DNA of 64,000 nt from Macrostomum lignano (Eukaryota). A program made the translations under genes and the position numbers. The DNA lies in contig NIVC01000974.1 of assembly GCA_002269645.1 (NCBI GenBank), forward strand, positions 124,001 through 188,000. The letters run 5' to 3'. Below, piece by piece: positions 34,201 through 49,500 of the stretch. Under the pieces are notes generated by a model, which did not search any database, was not told where the DNA came from, and saw nothing but the letters and a program-made list of their open reading frames with translations. Position 1 is the first letter of the stretch, and every line of letters begins with the position of its first letter.

Positions 34201-34975
34201 ATCTCTACCTATAAAAATCAAAACTCTGTCTGTCTGTGGACAAATTACTTCGCTATGGACTCCCAAACCGCTCAACCAAATGACACCAAACTTTACACCC
34301 ACCCTAAACTTACTACGGAGAATGTCTTAGGCTACCTTTTAATTTCCTAAATTTGAGTCTTCCTACCTAAAAGTGCAAAAAACTGCTCAAAATGCGCAAT
34401 TTTTTCACTAAATCCTCCATAGCGCCGCTCCACTTCTACCGATTCTCTTCAAATTTGACACAGATAATCTTAAACTATTTTGGCACAATCATGTAAAATT
34501 TCGAGTCTGAAAGTTAATCCTGAACGGCGCTGTGCACTTTTAAAGTTTGGCTGTTTTTTTCAGCGAGGCAGCCACCCCAACCTCCGCCCGCCTGCCTCTC
34601 TTTCCCGATCTGGGCAAACGGTGTGAGTAGGTTTTAAAATGCCTAACTTTCGGCTGCCATAGTTTTGCTCCACGTGAAGCGATTGACTTCAAATTTGACA
34701 AAATTCTTTATTGACTCATTCTCTGCCTACATGTAAAGTCTCAACTCTGTATCTCAATCAGGACAGAAACTGTAAGCATGTGAATTTTGTCTGCTTTTTC
34801 TGTTGTTTGTGCCTCTCACTCGCTCATTCCCCCAGCCCAGACGAAGGGTCAGGCGATAGGACTGAATGTACATAGCAAATGTACAGTGTTTTGGAATAAC
34901 TTTATTTATAGCCTTCTCTGCACCCCGAGAGTGGAGAGGCTACGTTTAGCCATGACGGTTTAGTGAGAAATTCTA
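34201..34975 (+). mobile_element. Possible non-autonomous Helitron/Helentron-like element
   Basis: 5' ATCTCTACCTATAAAA followed by a (CTGT)n microsatellite; GC hairpin (AGCCTTCTC...GAGAGGCT) near 34913-34941. Canonical 3' CTRR not clearly identified. Confidence 0.35.
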
Positions 34976-35404
34976 ACCACTGCCCTCCCCTCTGTATTGG
35001 CAAACTCTGCAGCAGTTTAACACTGGATGGCAATTGGCAAATCGAGGGAATCCAGCATGGTTTGTAAAAGCGAAAGATTTATGAAAAGGCGATGCGATGC
35101 AATGAAATACAACCCTACTAAATTAGGCACACCATTGAAATTTTAAGTTTCTCTTAAAAGTACTTTGAAATTTAAATGGCCTAAGAAATGCATATTTCAT
35201 TGGTTGTTAGACTGATGCAGACTGCAGTGGAGCTGAAGATACACAAATTCCTTTCAGGGCTGCAAATTGGCAAGAAAGATGACGTGATCAAAGCATGAGA
35301 ATAACGATGAGAGTAGTACGTCCCACAAACTGGCTTTCGAAGCAGGGATCGGCAGACTTTTACTTCAAAAGCCAGATAAAGAATCCAGCTTATGTGCGGG
35401 CCAG

Positions 35405-37145
<1,741 letters not shown>

Positions 37146-37993
37146 AAATTTTAAAGGATCCAAGGGACATAGGGAGAGTCAGGGAGAGGCCAGAGTTTGC
37201 CAATACATGTTTTAGAGTCAGACAGACATTGCCTGACATTCTGTGAAGTAACCCAGCCAACAATATCAATGTTTGCTTCAAATCCTAATTTTACACTAAT
37301 GTGTTCATTTTATGTCTACCTCTATCCTACTAACTATTAACAAGTTTTTGTTTGTGTATGACCTTAGATTTCAGAATACATGCAAAAGTAGTTCCGGGGA
37401 TTGGAATTCCCCGGGTTCAAAATCCGCGGGTTTCAACAGCTTGTATACTATAAAAATGAGAAAAATTCGGAAATACATTATACTCGTAAGTAGTTATACT
37501 CCACTCTTCCCTTCAAACCTCAGACAATCTGCATTGTACTCCTGCTCGTACGAGCAACTTAATTATTTTACGGGGCGCGTACACACGAAGAATATTCGAA
37601 TAAAAAATGAAATAATAATCATCTGAGTTATTTAACAAGAGGCAAACGACTAGTAGGCCACAGACATGAATTCACAACTGGGCTAAGCCCCAAAGCCTTC
37701 ATTCAGTTTTCTTTCCAAGTCACTCCAGTGTACATTCAACTGGGGGGGGTTGGTCGGGGGTGGCGTATGTGCGTGGGGGCGGGAATTGGATGTACACAGA
37801 GAAAGAGAGACGAAAGGGAAGGGTTTGAGGGAGATACGTGAACCCTTAAATTATGCTGAGTAAGAACGGCGCTTTGCTTGCGAACCTCAGAAATATAGCT
37901 GCTGCTCGTGTATTTAATAGATTAGCTTTCCTCGCATTTAATTCAACTGGGCAAGATTTTGTGAAGCAGCCGGTTTGAGCTACACGCCTTAGC

Positions 37994-38200
37994 ATGGACC
38001 AAATCACCGATTTCATCTCGCCTGCTCGGCAGTTTGTGAAGGACTCTATCCGACTGGTGAACAGGTGCACTAAGCCTGACCGACGGGAGTTTCAGAAGAT
38101 CGCCGCTGCCACTGCCATCGGCTTTGCCATCATGGGATTTATCGGCTTCTTTGTAAAGTTGATCCACATCCCGATCAACAACATCATCGTTGGATCCTAA
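37994..38200 (+). CDS. SEC61G: Protein transport protein Sec61 subunit gamma, 68 aa, intronless CDS
   Basis: Recognisable sequence [59 protein letters not shown]. Confidence 0.98.
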   Translation: MDQITDFISPARQFVKDSIRLVNRCTKPDRREFQKIAAATAIGFAIMGFIGFFVKLIHIPINNIIVGS

Positions 38201-39057
38201 TTCGCGCTGCTTGCATTTTCGATTGATTAAACTTAAACTTATTGTAGTATGCATAACTAAGATTAGTAACTCATAATCATATAGTATATTCACTGGTCGC
38301 TTCTAATCACATTTAATGCTTCTTTTTTGAAAGCCTGCTCCTGACTCGTATGATTTAGCAATCAAGGTCGGAACTATTTGACTACTTTAAGAAGTCTGGA
38401 GGTTTAAATAAGGATAGAAATTTAAATGTTTTAGATTACAACATTAATAGGGTTGGATAGATCAAGACTGAATCAATATACGATAAAGTTATCACACATC
38501 ATTATTTTATTAACACCAGCTCGTAGTCTGTCTGCGCTTATTCTCATTTTTACCATCAAACCATAGTAATTTTACAGGCTAATTTTAAATTAAAAAAATT
38601 AAATGTGAGGCTAATAATAGAAAAGTCAGTCTACTTAATTTGTCCAAGTATGACATTGAGTCCCAATTATGCAAGCTATGTATGAAGAATGTTATAGTCA
38701 TTGACTGTCAGCTCGTCTTCTATTTCAATTTTCTGCCATTAAAGTCAACTTAAATCTTTGTTGTTCTAGAATTATCAGTATAGTTCACGCGTGACCCTTT
38801 TCGATGTTCTGTTTTTTGTGCTGTTCACAGCTAATATTCTTGATTTTAATGTTATTAGCAATAACAATCTGTTTACTTCAATGTAAGTGAAAATAGATTG
38901 GTTGTTACTTATTAATAAAAGTGTAAATTAACAAAACGGAGCTGCTATTGTGCTAATGAATGAGCTTGTTTGAAGTTTGTTAATGAGTATTCAAGTACGA
39001 AACTAAGCACATAGGGGATAAGGCAGGGAGTAATGTCCCAATTTTCGGTGTTACAGC

Positions 39058-39254
39058 CAGGAGTGTAGCCAGAAATTTCCTACGGGGGGATACACCAAGG
39101 TGAATTTTCTACGGGGGGGGGGTTACACCAAGGTAAAAGTGCTATGACAGAGTCACATGGTAGCATGTATAGCAACAAAGGGCAACAAAAAAGTTTTGGT
39201 CAGGCTCTTCGGGGGGGGGATACATCCCCCCTATCCCCCCTCCCTACGCCCCTG
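39058..39254. mobile_element. hAT-type MITE, 197 bp
   Basis: Termini CAGGAGTGTAG...CTACGCCCCTG; perfect 8-bp TSD GTTACAGC at 39050-39057 and 39255-39262. Confidence 0.85.
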
Positions 39255-40504
39255 GTTACAGCTTACAGCAAATAAGCCAAATTATTTAATTCAAACTTCA
39301 ATCTACGTCTAGAAATTTACGCATCTATTTATAAATGGGCGCATTAAAGGTGCCCTCTGTCAGGACACTTGAAAAAAGGCAAGACCCGGTATATTTATTT
39401 AAAAATTTACCTACGAAGTCCGGGGCGCGGCCCACCAAATTTATGGTTGTGCCTGTCTATAAATGAACAACATAAATAGTGATAATTTTATGAAATATCA
39501 ATGTGGCGATTTGCAGTTTTTCCACACGCACTGTCAATTGGGGGAATGAAGATATTGAAATTTCAATTGATGGGCCACCACCCGTAAATCATAAATAATA
39601 CATCAACATAAATCATTTCATTTTCAATGCTGGAGCCAATAGTCCTTGATGTAAAAAATTCTGTTTTCCAAGCGACACACATTTTTCAGGAATTAAAGTA
39701 CTTAAATTAGTACTTATTATTTCTTCATTTCTTCATTATTATTTCATTTAGTAGACAGCTCTAAACAGTGTTGTCAGCAAAGTAACGCGTTCTGCTTAAT
39801 AATCAGCCAATGAACCCATGCACATCGTCGTTATCGTCAGTTGTCCATAAAAACAAAGCTATTCATTTTAACATGAGTTTTAATTGAGAAAATAATATTT
39901 GATACATAATTTAGAGTGCTTATTTGGAGCAGCTTATTTGAAGGGCTTAAAGGTTTATAGCAAAAAATAGTTTTTCATAAACAACTATTTTTTCCGGTGT
40001 GACAAACATTTCCATGAAACGTTGAGCCAGACAATAGTGTGTGTAGTAGTATATATACTAGGTCATTCGTAGTCTTAATTCATTCTGTTTGTGTATGTCT
40101 TTGCTAACTTCTGCATGTAGGTCTTATTTATTATTTTATAGAAAATTGTTGTAAGTCTTTATTCATTAAAAAAAGAAGCTCAAAATGTTTCATTTGCTTC
40201 ACTGCTGTATCTGTACCAGTACCTGACCTGACAAACAAATGGAGTTTGACTGTTGTTAGAACTGCCTGACCTGACCTAGCCTAGACTAGACACCAAGACT
40301 AGGCCTACAGGCCTGGATAGATTTTACAGAAGTTTTCACAGAAACCTAAATAGAAATTTTAGTTTAATGTTTTCAAGATAGTATGTTATAATATATAAAT
40401 AATGATGTAGCCTAAGCAAGGTTTCACAACTAAATAAGCTGCTATGTGTGCACATTTTTAATAAATATGCTCCCTTCAGCTATCTTTTTTTGAACATTGA
40501 GGCC

Positions 40505-43500
40505 ATGGGGGCCCAAAGCACAAAACCAGAAAAACTTGACAGAAAAAATGCAGCACAAAATGCATTCACAAATTATGCATCAGGACAAAGCTTTTCTGAT
40601 ATAAGTCAAGGCAGTAGTTTTTTACGAAGCAATAGCATTAATGAAGGTAAGATAATCATTTATTGATTTGTCAATATAGGCCTAACCTATTGTTATCTTG
40701 AAAAAAAAATTTAAAATTTATATTCCTAATCATATTTTAATATAATTGTTTGAAATTTTCTTATTGTTATTGAGCATACTATAATAAAATTATGACAAAT
40801 TTTCAATTTGAAAATCCTGGGTTTTTTTGTCCATAACTTGGGTGCAATTTTGCACCCTGTGCTAGATTTCAGGGTGCAATTTTCAAGACCAAGATGCTAT
40901 TCGCATCGCACCTATTTGCACAAAAAATCTAGGCTGTCCACCATTCAGTATTCAATTTATCAGGTTCTGCTTACCAAAATTTAATCAACAGTTAACAATT
41001 CCTTAAATTACATTAATTAAGGATTCAAAAAATTACTGGCTAATTCTAAGAATACAAAGCTATGGACTTAAGATATCCATAACACTAAATTGTAAAATCT
41101 GCATCATATCCTTGCAAAAAATTCTGGTGCACTTTTCGCACTCTGAGTCAAATTTCAGGGTGCAATTTTTAAGACCAGGATACTATTCTCACCCATTTGC
41201 ACAAAAAACCCAGTGAAAATCTGCTTGCCTTTTATTTCTTATCCCTAAAGTTTTTAAATAAAGTATTAGAAAAAATATTAAATCTTGTTTTGACTCAAAG
41301 ACAAGGGTTAAAAATCTTCAAAAAGTTTGAAATTTCTTAATCTTAGTATGAGAAAAAAGTATAGATCTCATGTCATGATACCTTTAAGCTTAATAGATAT
41401 CATTGGGATATGCAATTGCAAATAAAAATATAGAGGAAAATATCTTAGCAACTTAACTTAGGTTATATTATTATATAAATATAATTAAAACCAAATAAAA
41501 TTTCAAATAGTTTTTTATTTTTAATAATATTTTTAAATGTTTTTTTAATTAAAACATTAATTATAATATAGTATTAGCCTATATAATTTATTCAAGTTAA
41601 TATTTTATTTATATTATGGTTGTAGTATTAGTCATTAAAAATGAAAAATCTTTTGTATTCTATTAATTGTTGTTACTATATAATGACCATTTATTAATAT
41701 ATTATTGCTCAAGATTAGAGGCAAATTCAAATGTCTCCCTTGTAGCTAGCAATTATGGCATCTGTTGTGGCCGTTGGCCAAATGAATAAAATCAATTCAC
41801 TTAAGGCAAAGGAGAAGTGGCTCTCAGCTATAGTGAGCTAGCCAATATATATTATGATGATAGGAGTGCGTAGATGTACATTGCTGCGTGTACATTACAT
41901 AATAGCATTGAGCATGCACATTCACAACATCATCCCCCCATGCAAAGAGGTGACAGATTATGGGTGGAATAAGCAGATGCATTAAAGCAAGCAATTTCAA
42001 AGAAACAGTTTTTGGTGCATGAGCAGTGAGTTAGTCAAGTCAGTCAATTGTGAGTCACAATGTTGCCGAACCATTGAGGGGGTTCACAAAGTCTCTCAGA
42101 GCAGCGCAGCAGTGGCGTTGGCAGTGGTGCCTCTGGTTGCCCACCGTCCGGCTGTTGCAGAGCCTCTGTGTCATTGGCCCCATCACCCCAGCCGTGGTGG
42201 TCATCAAGGATGCAGTGGCTGATGTGCCAGCGGCTGCCATTGGTCAGGGTGATTGTGTTGCCCTCGCGACTGATGACTGTCTGTGGCTCGGAGACGCTGC
42301 TGCTGAGCTTTCCGCGACTCGGCTGACAGATGTGGACGCGGCTCCCGACAGTCAGCACTGCGTCCTTCAGCGGCTGGTTCTGCTTGCGCATCCGGCGGCG
42401 GCTCTTGGCCTGCTGCTGTCACTCCGTGACGCTGCACTGCAGCTCCTGGTCCGTCGTTGACTCGGTGCTGGTTGAAGACGATAGAGAGGCAGGCGGAGCT
42501 TCCGTCCCAGCTCAGTTCAGCCGGCGACTTCTTGGTCAGCGCGTGCTCAGATAATCGATACGCTAGCAGGAGCTCCTGAACCGCCTGCTTCACTGGCACA
42601 CCGTCGGCGAGTAGTGCGCGCAGTGACGTCTTGATGAAGCCGTTGAACCTCTCGACTCCGCCATTCTGTTGTGGACAGTAGAACAGAGTGCGACGGTGCT
42701 TGATGCCGAGTGAGCTGAGGAAGTCCGTGAACTCGGTTGATACAAACTGAGGTCCATTGTCCGTGGTAATTTCGTCTGGAAGCCCAGCGGACGAACAGGC
42801 TGCGAAGGGCTTCGATACACGCAGCGGAAGTCACGGATGAGGATGCGATGATCTCAGGCCACTTGGAGTAGAGATCGTGGATGACGATGAAAAATCGATG
42901 GGACTGAGGCACATTGGCTTCCGGCAGCTCTCCAACGATATCGACTTGAAGCTGTCGCCATGGACCCGCTGGTAGCTCCGTCGTTGACCATGGGACCTTG
43001 ATCGGCTTGAACGCTTTCTCGGACAGGACGCAGGCACTGCAGTTCCGCACGAAGGCCTCCACGTTGCTGTCGATGCGCGGCCACCAAACCGTATCGCGGC
43101 ACCGCGCCTTGACCTTGGCGACGCCGAGATGTCCTTGATGCGCCTCTGCCAGCACAAGGTCGCGGAGGTCAGTCGAGATGACGGCTCGGCTGCCTCTCGC
43201 CAGGCAGCAACCATCGTTCCACAGGTAGAGTTCGTGTTGCACCTGGTGGAAGCCCTTCAGGTCGGCTGGAACTTTGGCTGGCCATCGGTTGATGAGGAAC
43301 CCGATGACTCGCTGCAGTTGGTTGTCGCTCTTGGTTGCATCGGCCAGTTGAGTGACTGAGATCGGCTCGGCGCTTCTGGCCAGCACCAGGTTGATGTCGG
43401 ACTCGCTCTGGTGCTGCTCATTGGACTCGTTGGCTGCGCTCTTGCCGTCGTAGCCGTAGCGAGACAGAAAGTCGGGCTGGACGTTGAGCTTGCCGGGGAC

Positions 43501-46500
43501 GTACTCGATGTCGAAGTCGTAGACGAAGAGTCGCTCGCACCAGCGCTGAAGTCGAAGAGGTCGTTGGCCGACTCCTCGAGGTGACAGCAGTGTCATCAGC
43601 GCTTGATGGTCGGTGAGAAGCTTGAACTTGCGACCGTACAGCAGCAGGTGCCAATGCTCGCAGCTCCAGACGCAGGCCAAGGCCTCCTTCTCTGACGCAG
43701 AGTAGCGGCGCTCAGTGTCGGATAGGGCTCGCGAGGCGAAGGCGACTGGCCGCAGCTGTCCGTGCTCGTCGACTTGGCTCAGGGTCGCGCCCAGGCCGAC
43801 GTCGCTGCTGTCGCAGGAGACGACGGTTTCGTGATCTTGGTCGAAGAACTTCAGGCACGGTGCTGATGAGATGAGCCGCTTCACCTCGCTGAAGGCTGCC
43901 TCGCATTTCACGTCCCAGTTCCATGGCGCGTCCTTCGCAGGAGCGCTGTCAGCGGCTCGGCGACGTGAGACAGGTTCTTGATGTAGAACTGGAAGAACTT
44001 TGCAAAGCCGAGGAACGAAGCCAACTCTGCCGTATTTGTGGGTGCCTTGAGTTTCGATACGGACTCGGTGTGCGACTGGAGAGGTTGAATTCCCGCTGCG
44101 CTGACGCGGTGTCCGACGAACTCGATCTCCGACGCCTTGAAGGTGCACTTCTTGAGGTTGACGGTTACTCGATGCTGCAGCAGCTTGTCCAGTACCTGAA
44201 GTACGCGAATTTCGTGCTCGGCTTCCGTAGCGGCGTGAATGGCGATGTCGTCTTGATAGTTAGTGAACGACGCCTCTGATGCCTTGGAGGATCTTGCCGA
44301 CGACCTTCTGGAAGGCCGCCGGAGCCGAGCTGATGCCGAACGGCATCCGTCTGAATTGGTAGAGGCCGGATTCGGTGTGGAAGCAGGTCAGGTTCTTGGC
44401 GTCATCATGCAGAGGCAGCTGTAGATACGACTGGTTGAGGTTGATCCTTGAGAAAAACTTTGAATTGTTGAATTCGGTCACCAGGTCGGCAAAGGTAGGC
44501 AGTGACATCGAGTCCGGGATGATCGCCTTGTTGACGCTTTGCAGATCAACGCAGAGGCGCAGCTTCCCATCGGCCTTGCGGGCACAGGTGACGTTGGACT
44601 GCCAGTCGGGGATGTCGTAGCCATAGCCATAGTTTTAACAAAAAGTCTAGGAAACAAAATATTTTGAATCAAGAAGATAACCTAGTGCTTAAACAACTGC
44701 AAATAAAAAAATAAAATAAAACAAACGCTCGATTGCTTTTGTAAGATTATATTTAATCCTTTTTACAAAGAGTAACAATACTTAATCACTACTGAAATTA
44801 CTAATACTAATGCTAAACTTTTTTACATTGATAAAAGTTAGAGTTTGCTAGTGTTTTATTGTACTTATTAGGTATAACCTATCTAAATATACTAAATCTC
44901 TAAGGTTTGTATATGCTTGAATGCTTGTCCATAACGCTCTAGTAAGTTTCTAAGTCTATAATACAGTTTACCAAAGTATCTTTGTTTTACTGTACCTGTT
45001 TCTAATATTTTTTTAATTAATACTCGTAACTATGTCTACAGGAATCTACCGAATGTGACAACAACTACCATATTCCCATAGTCATAGCTGTGAGAGCAGC
45101 TATTTACCATAGACGTATCCATACAAGCGTAGTTGCTGTAGGCACCTGTTTTACCATACATGTATTTGCCATAAGATCCTGTAGCCATAGCTACAGTGGA
45201 ACACTAGGCTGATGTATTTTATGGTGGCTGGTGCCCTTCTTGTTTATATTATGGCATCCCTCATCTAGATACATAAATCGTCTACATATTTTTTTGTCCC
45301 TTGTGAATTGGCCATCCCCAAAGGGGGCACAAGATTGTTAATAATACTTGCCTAAATTGCCATGTGAGGTAGAAAGTGAAGTTCAGTTCCTGTTTAAGTG
45401 TAGTTGGAACTTTATAGTGCTCCCTGTGATATATAGGAACCGGAAATCTCTGATAAAGTATAGAATTTTCAGAACCTTAATGCAGAAAAATAGAATTAGT
45501 ATAATTTCCTCAATAATAATTAATACCATTGATTTCGGCCAATCACTGCTATTAATAGTCTGTTTTTTATTTTCACTGTACAGACGGCTCATCTGGTCAG
45601 CGTCCACCAACCTGGCAGTCGTTTCTTGGCTCGGAGCCACAACCAACTGGTCGCAATCTGCCTCTACAACAACAGCAGCAACAGCTACAACAGCAGCAAC
45701 AGCTACAACAACAGCAACAGCAGCAGTCTCTGGTAGTAGCCGTCTTAGACTTTGTGGCCACTCACGAGGGCCAGCTGTCAATCCGTCGGGGCCAGCAGCT
45801 CCGGCTGACTGCGCTGGGCGGGCCCGGCGATTGGTCAGAAGTTGAAAGTCCAGTTAGCCGTAAGCGAGGCTGGGTACCAACTAATTATGTAGTGCAGCTG
45901 AGTAATCTGCACCTGTTCACCTGGTACCATGGACAGGTATGTTATTAGTTAGTTAATAAAATCAGAATAATCGTCACCGTTATAGCACGTAGCAATAAAA
46001 GGGACCATTCACCAACAGTATCGATATGAAAGCCCATTCACCAACAGTATCGATATGAAAGCCCATTCACCAACAGTATCGATAATGTCAAAGCCCATTC
46101 ACCAACAGTATCGATATGAAAGCCCATTCACCAACAGTATCGATAATGTCAAAGCCCATTCACCAACAGTATCGATATGAAAGCCCATTCACCAACAGTA
46201 TCGATATGAAAGCCCATTCACCAACAGTATCGATATGAAAGCCCATTCACCAACAGTATCGATATGAAAGCCCATTCACCAACAGTATCGATATGAAAGT
46301 CCATTCACCAACAGTATCGATAATGTCAAAGCCCATTCACCAACAGTATCGATAATGTCAAAGCCCATTCACCAACAGTATCGATAATGTCAAAGCCCAT
46401 TTACCAACAGTATCGATAATGTCAAAGCCCATTTTCCAACAGTATCGATAATGTCAAAGCCCATTCACCAACAGTATCGATAATGTCAAAGCCCATTCAC

Positions 46501-49500
46501 CAACAGTATCGATAATGTCAAAGCCCATTTTCCAACAGTATCGATAATGTCAAAGCCCATTCACCAACAGTATCGATAATGTCAAAGTCCATTCACCAAC
46601 AGTATCGATAATGTCAAAGCCCATTCACCAACAGTATCGATAATGTCAAAGCCCATTCACCAACAGTATCGATAATGTCAAAGCCCATTTTCCAACAGTA
46701 TCGATAATGTCAAAGCCCATTCACCAACAGTATCGATAATGTCAAAGTCCATTCACCAACAGTATCGATAATGTCAAAGCCCATTTTCCAACAGTATCGA
46801 TAATGTCAAAGCCCATTTTCCAACAGTATCGATAATGTCAAAGCCCATTCACCAACAGTATCGATAATGTCAAAGCCCATTTTCCAACAGTATCGATAAT
46901 GTCAAAGCCCATTCACCAACAGTATCGATAATGTCAAAGCCCATTTTCCAACAGTATCGATAATGTCAAAGCCCATTCACCAACAGTATCGATAATGTCA
47001 AAGCCCATTTTCCAACAGTATCGATAATGTCAAAGCCCATTCACCAACAGTATCGATAATGTCAAAGCCCATTCACCAACAGTATCGATATGAAAGCCCA
47101 TTCACCAACAGTATCGATATGAAAGCCCATTCACCAACAGTATCGATAATGTCAAAGCCCATTCACCAACAGTATCGATATGAAAGCCCATTCACCAACA
47201 GTATCGATAATGTCAAAGCCCATTCACCAACAGTATCGATATGAAAGCCCATTCACCAACAGTATCGATATGAAAGCCCATTCACCAACAGTATCGATAT
47301 GAAAGCCCATTCACCAACAGTATCGATATGAAAGCCCATTCACCAACAGTATCGATAATGTCAAAGCCCATTCACCAACAGTATCGATATGAAAGCCCAT
47401 TCACCAACAGTATCGATATGAAAGCCCATTCACCAACAGTATCGATATGAAAGCCCATTCACCAACAGTATCGATAATGTCAAAGCCCATTTTCCAACAG
47501 TATCGATAATGTCAAAGCCCATTCACCAACAGTATCGATAATGTCAAAGCCCATTTTCCAACAGTATCGATAATGTCAAAGCCCATTCACCAACAGTATC
47601 GATAATGTCAAAGTCCATTCACCAACAGTATCGATAATGTCAAAGCCCATTCACCAACAGTATCGATAATGTCAAAGCCCATTCACCAACAGTATCGATA
47701 ATGTCAAAGCCCATTCACCAACAGTATCGATAATGTCAAAGCCCATTCACCAACAGTATCGATAATGTCAAAGTCCATTCACCAACAGTATCGATAATGT
47801 CAAAGCCCATTTTCCAACAGTATCGATAATGTCAAAGCCCATTTTCCAACAGTATCGATAATGTCAAAGCCCATTCACCAACAGTATCGATAATGTCAAA
47901 GCCCATTTTCCAACAGTATCGATAATGTCAAAGCCCATTCACCAACAGTATCGATAATGTCAAAGCCCATTTTCCAACAGTATCGATAATGTCAAAGCCC
48001 ATTCACCAACAGTATCGATAATGTCAAAGCCCATTTTCCAACAGTATCGATAATGTCAAAGCCCATTCACCAACAGTATCGATAATGTCAAAGCCCATTC
48101 ACCAACAGTATCGATAATGTCAAAGCCCATTTTCCAACAGTATCGATAATGTCAAAGCCCATTCGCCAACAGTATCGATAATGTCAAAGCCCATTCCAAC
48201 AGTATCGATAATGTCAAAGCCCATTCACCAACAGTATCGATAATGTCAAAGCCCATTCACCAACAGTATCGATAATGTCAAAGCTAATTCACCAACAGTA
48301 ATAAAGTACAATCACTATCAATTTCAAAACAAATTTATTAACTCAGTGAACTTCTAAGAGCTTCTAGCCGCATTCACTGGAAATGTTACCCTCCCCTCCC
48401 CCCAGGTGAGCAGGCGCACCGCAGAGTACCTGCTCAGCTCGGGCATCAACGGCAGCTTCCTGGTGCGCGACAGCGAGTCCCAGCCCGGCCAGCTGAGCGT
48501 CAGCGTCCGCTGCAACGGGCGCGTATTTCACTATCGGATCAACCGCAACTCTGAGGGCGGCTATTTTGTTACGGCCGAGCATGCGTTCCCCAGCCTGTGC
48601 CAGTTGGTGCAGCACCACGCTGTACAAGCCGACGGCATCGTCTGCCTGCTGCTGTACCCGGCGCCGAAGCGATGGCGAGCCAATGCTTTGCAGGTAGAAT
48701 TAAATTGTCCATCTATCATGATGCAAGCCCGAATCCTGGGCCCTCAGATCCTCAGACCCTCTGACATTGAGCTCTCAAGCCTATGATATCAGCATCATAT
48801 TTTGAGCATTGGAATCTCTAGAATTCCCCTTTGCCCCCCTCCCCCTCAATCTTAGCGACTCCCCCTTAATCCTTGATATCTCAGCATTTCACACTGATCA
48901 ATAATGGCATCTCAGCTATCCCGTGTTTAGCCATGGTCTTCTATTGGTCTTTGTCCTCTGGCAGTCCAGATTTTTTCCTCAGGGAACAAGACTTCCCCAT
49001 TCATTATCGCTAGATGGGGGGGGGGCAGGTGACCCCTTGACCTCCTCTGGATGGCAGTAAAGCAATAACCTCAAACGTCAGGGTTCACATCTGCTAGTTA
49101 AAACCTATTAGAAAAGACGAAGCCAGAGTTTGCCTAGGTATTTTTGGGTGGAAATTTCCCAATCACAGGGAGGGAGTTCACGCTCAATAAACCAGACCCC
49201 CCCCCAACCCTCTGCTTTGCCAGCCTGGCAGCGAAGACACCTGGGAGGTGGAGCGCACGGAGCTGGTGATGCAGCAGAAGCTGGGCGCTGGCCAATACGG
49301 CGACGTCTATCAGGCCGTGTGGAAACGGTGCGGCAACCTCACTGTGGCGGTGAAGACGGTCAAGGTAAGCCGACTGACTAGGCAGTCAAGTTTGCGTCAC
49401 TTCAGGTGTTTTATGCTTTTCAAGGGCTAACAAAACAGGCTTTGGTGCAATTCAACAAGTTGAAGAGCTATTGCTGCTAAAGAAGATTTTCTGTTCTGTG

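Noticed and set aside
44617-45191. 11-bp direct repeat GTAGCCATAGC as a TSD of an insertion into the Gypsy element
   Set aside because: Gypsy sequence does not resume after the second copy, and CCATAG motifs are scattered through the segment.
46003-48300. Regular ~30-bp repeats suggestive of a CRISPR array
   Set aside because: No unique spacers, no cas genes, and located in a eukaryotic intron.
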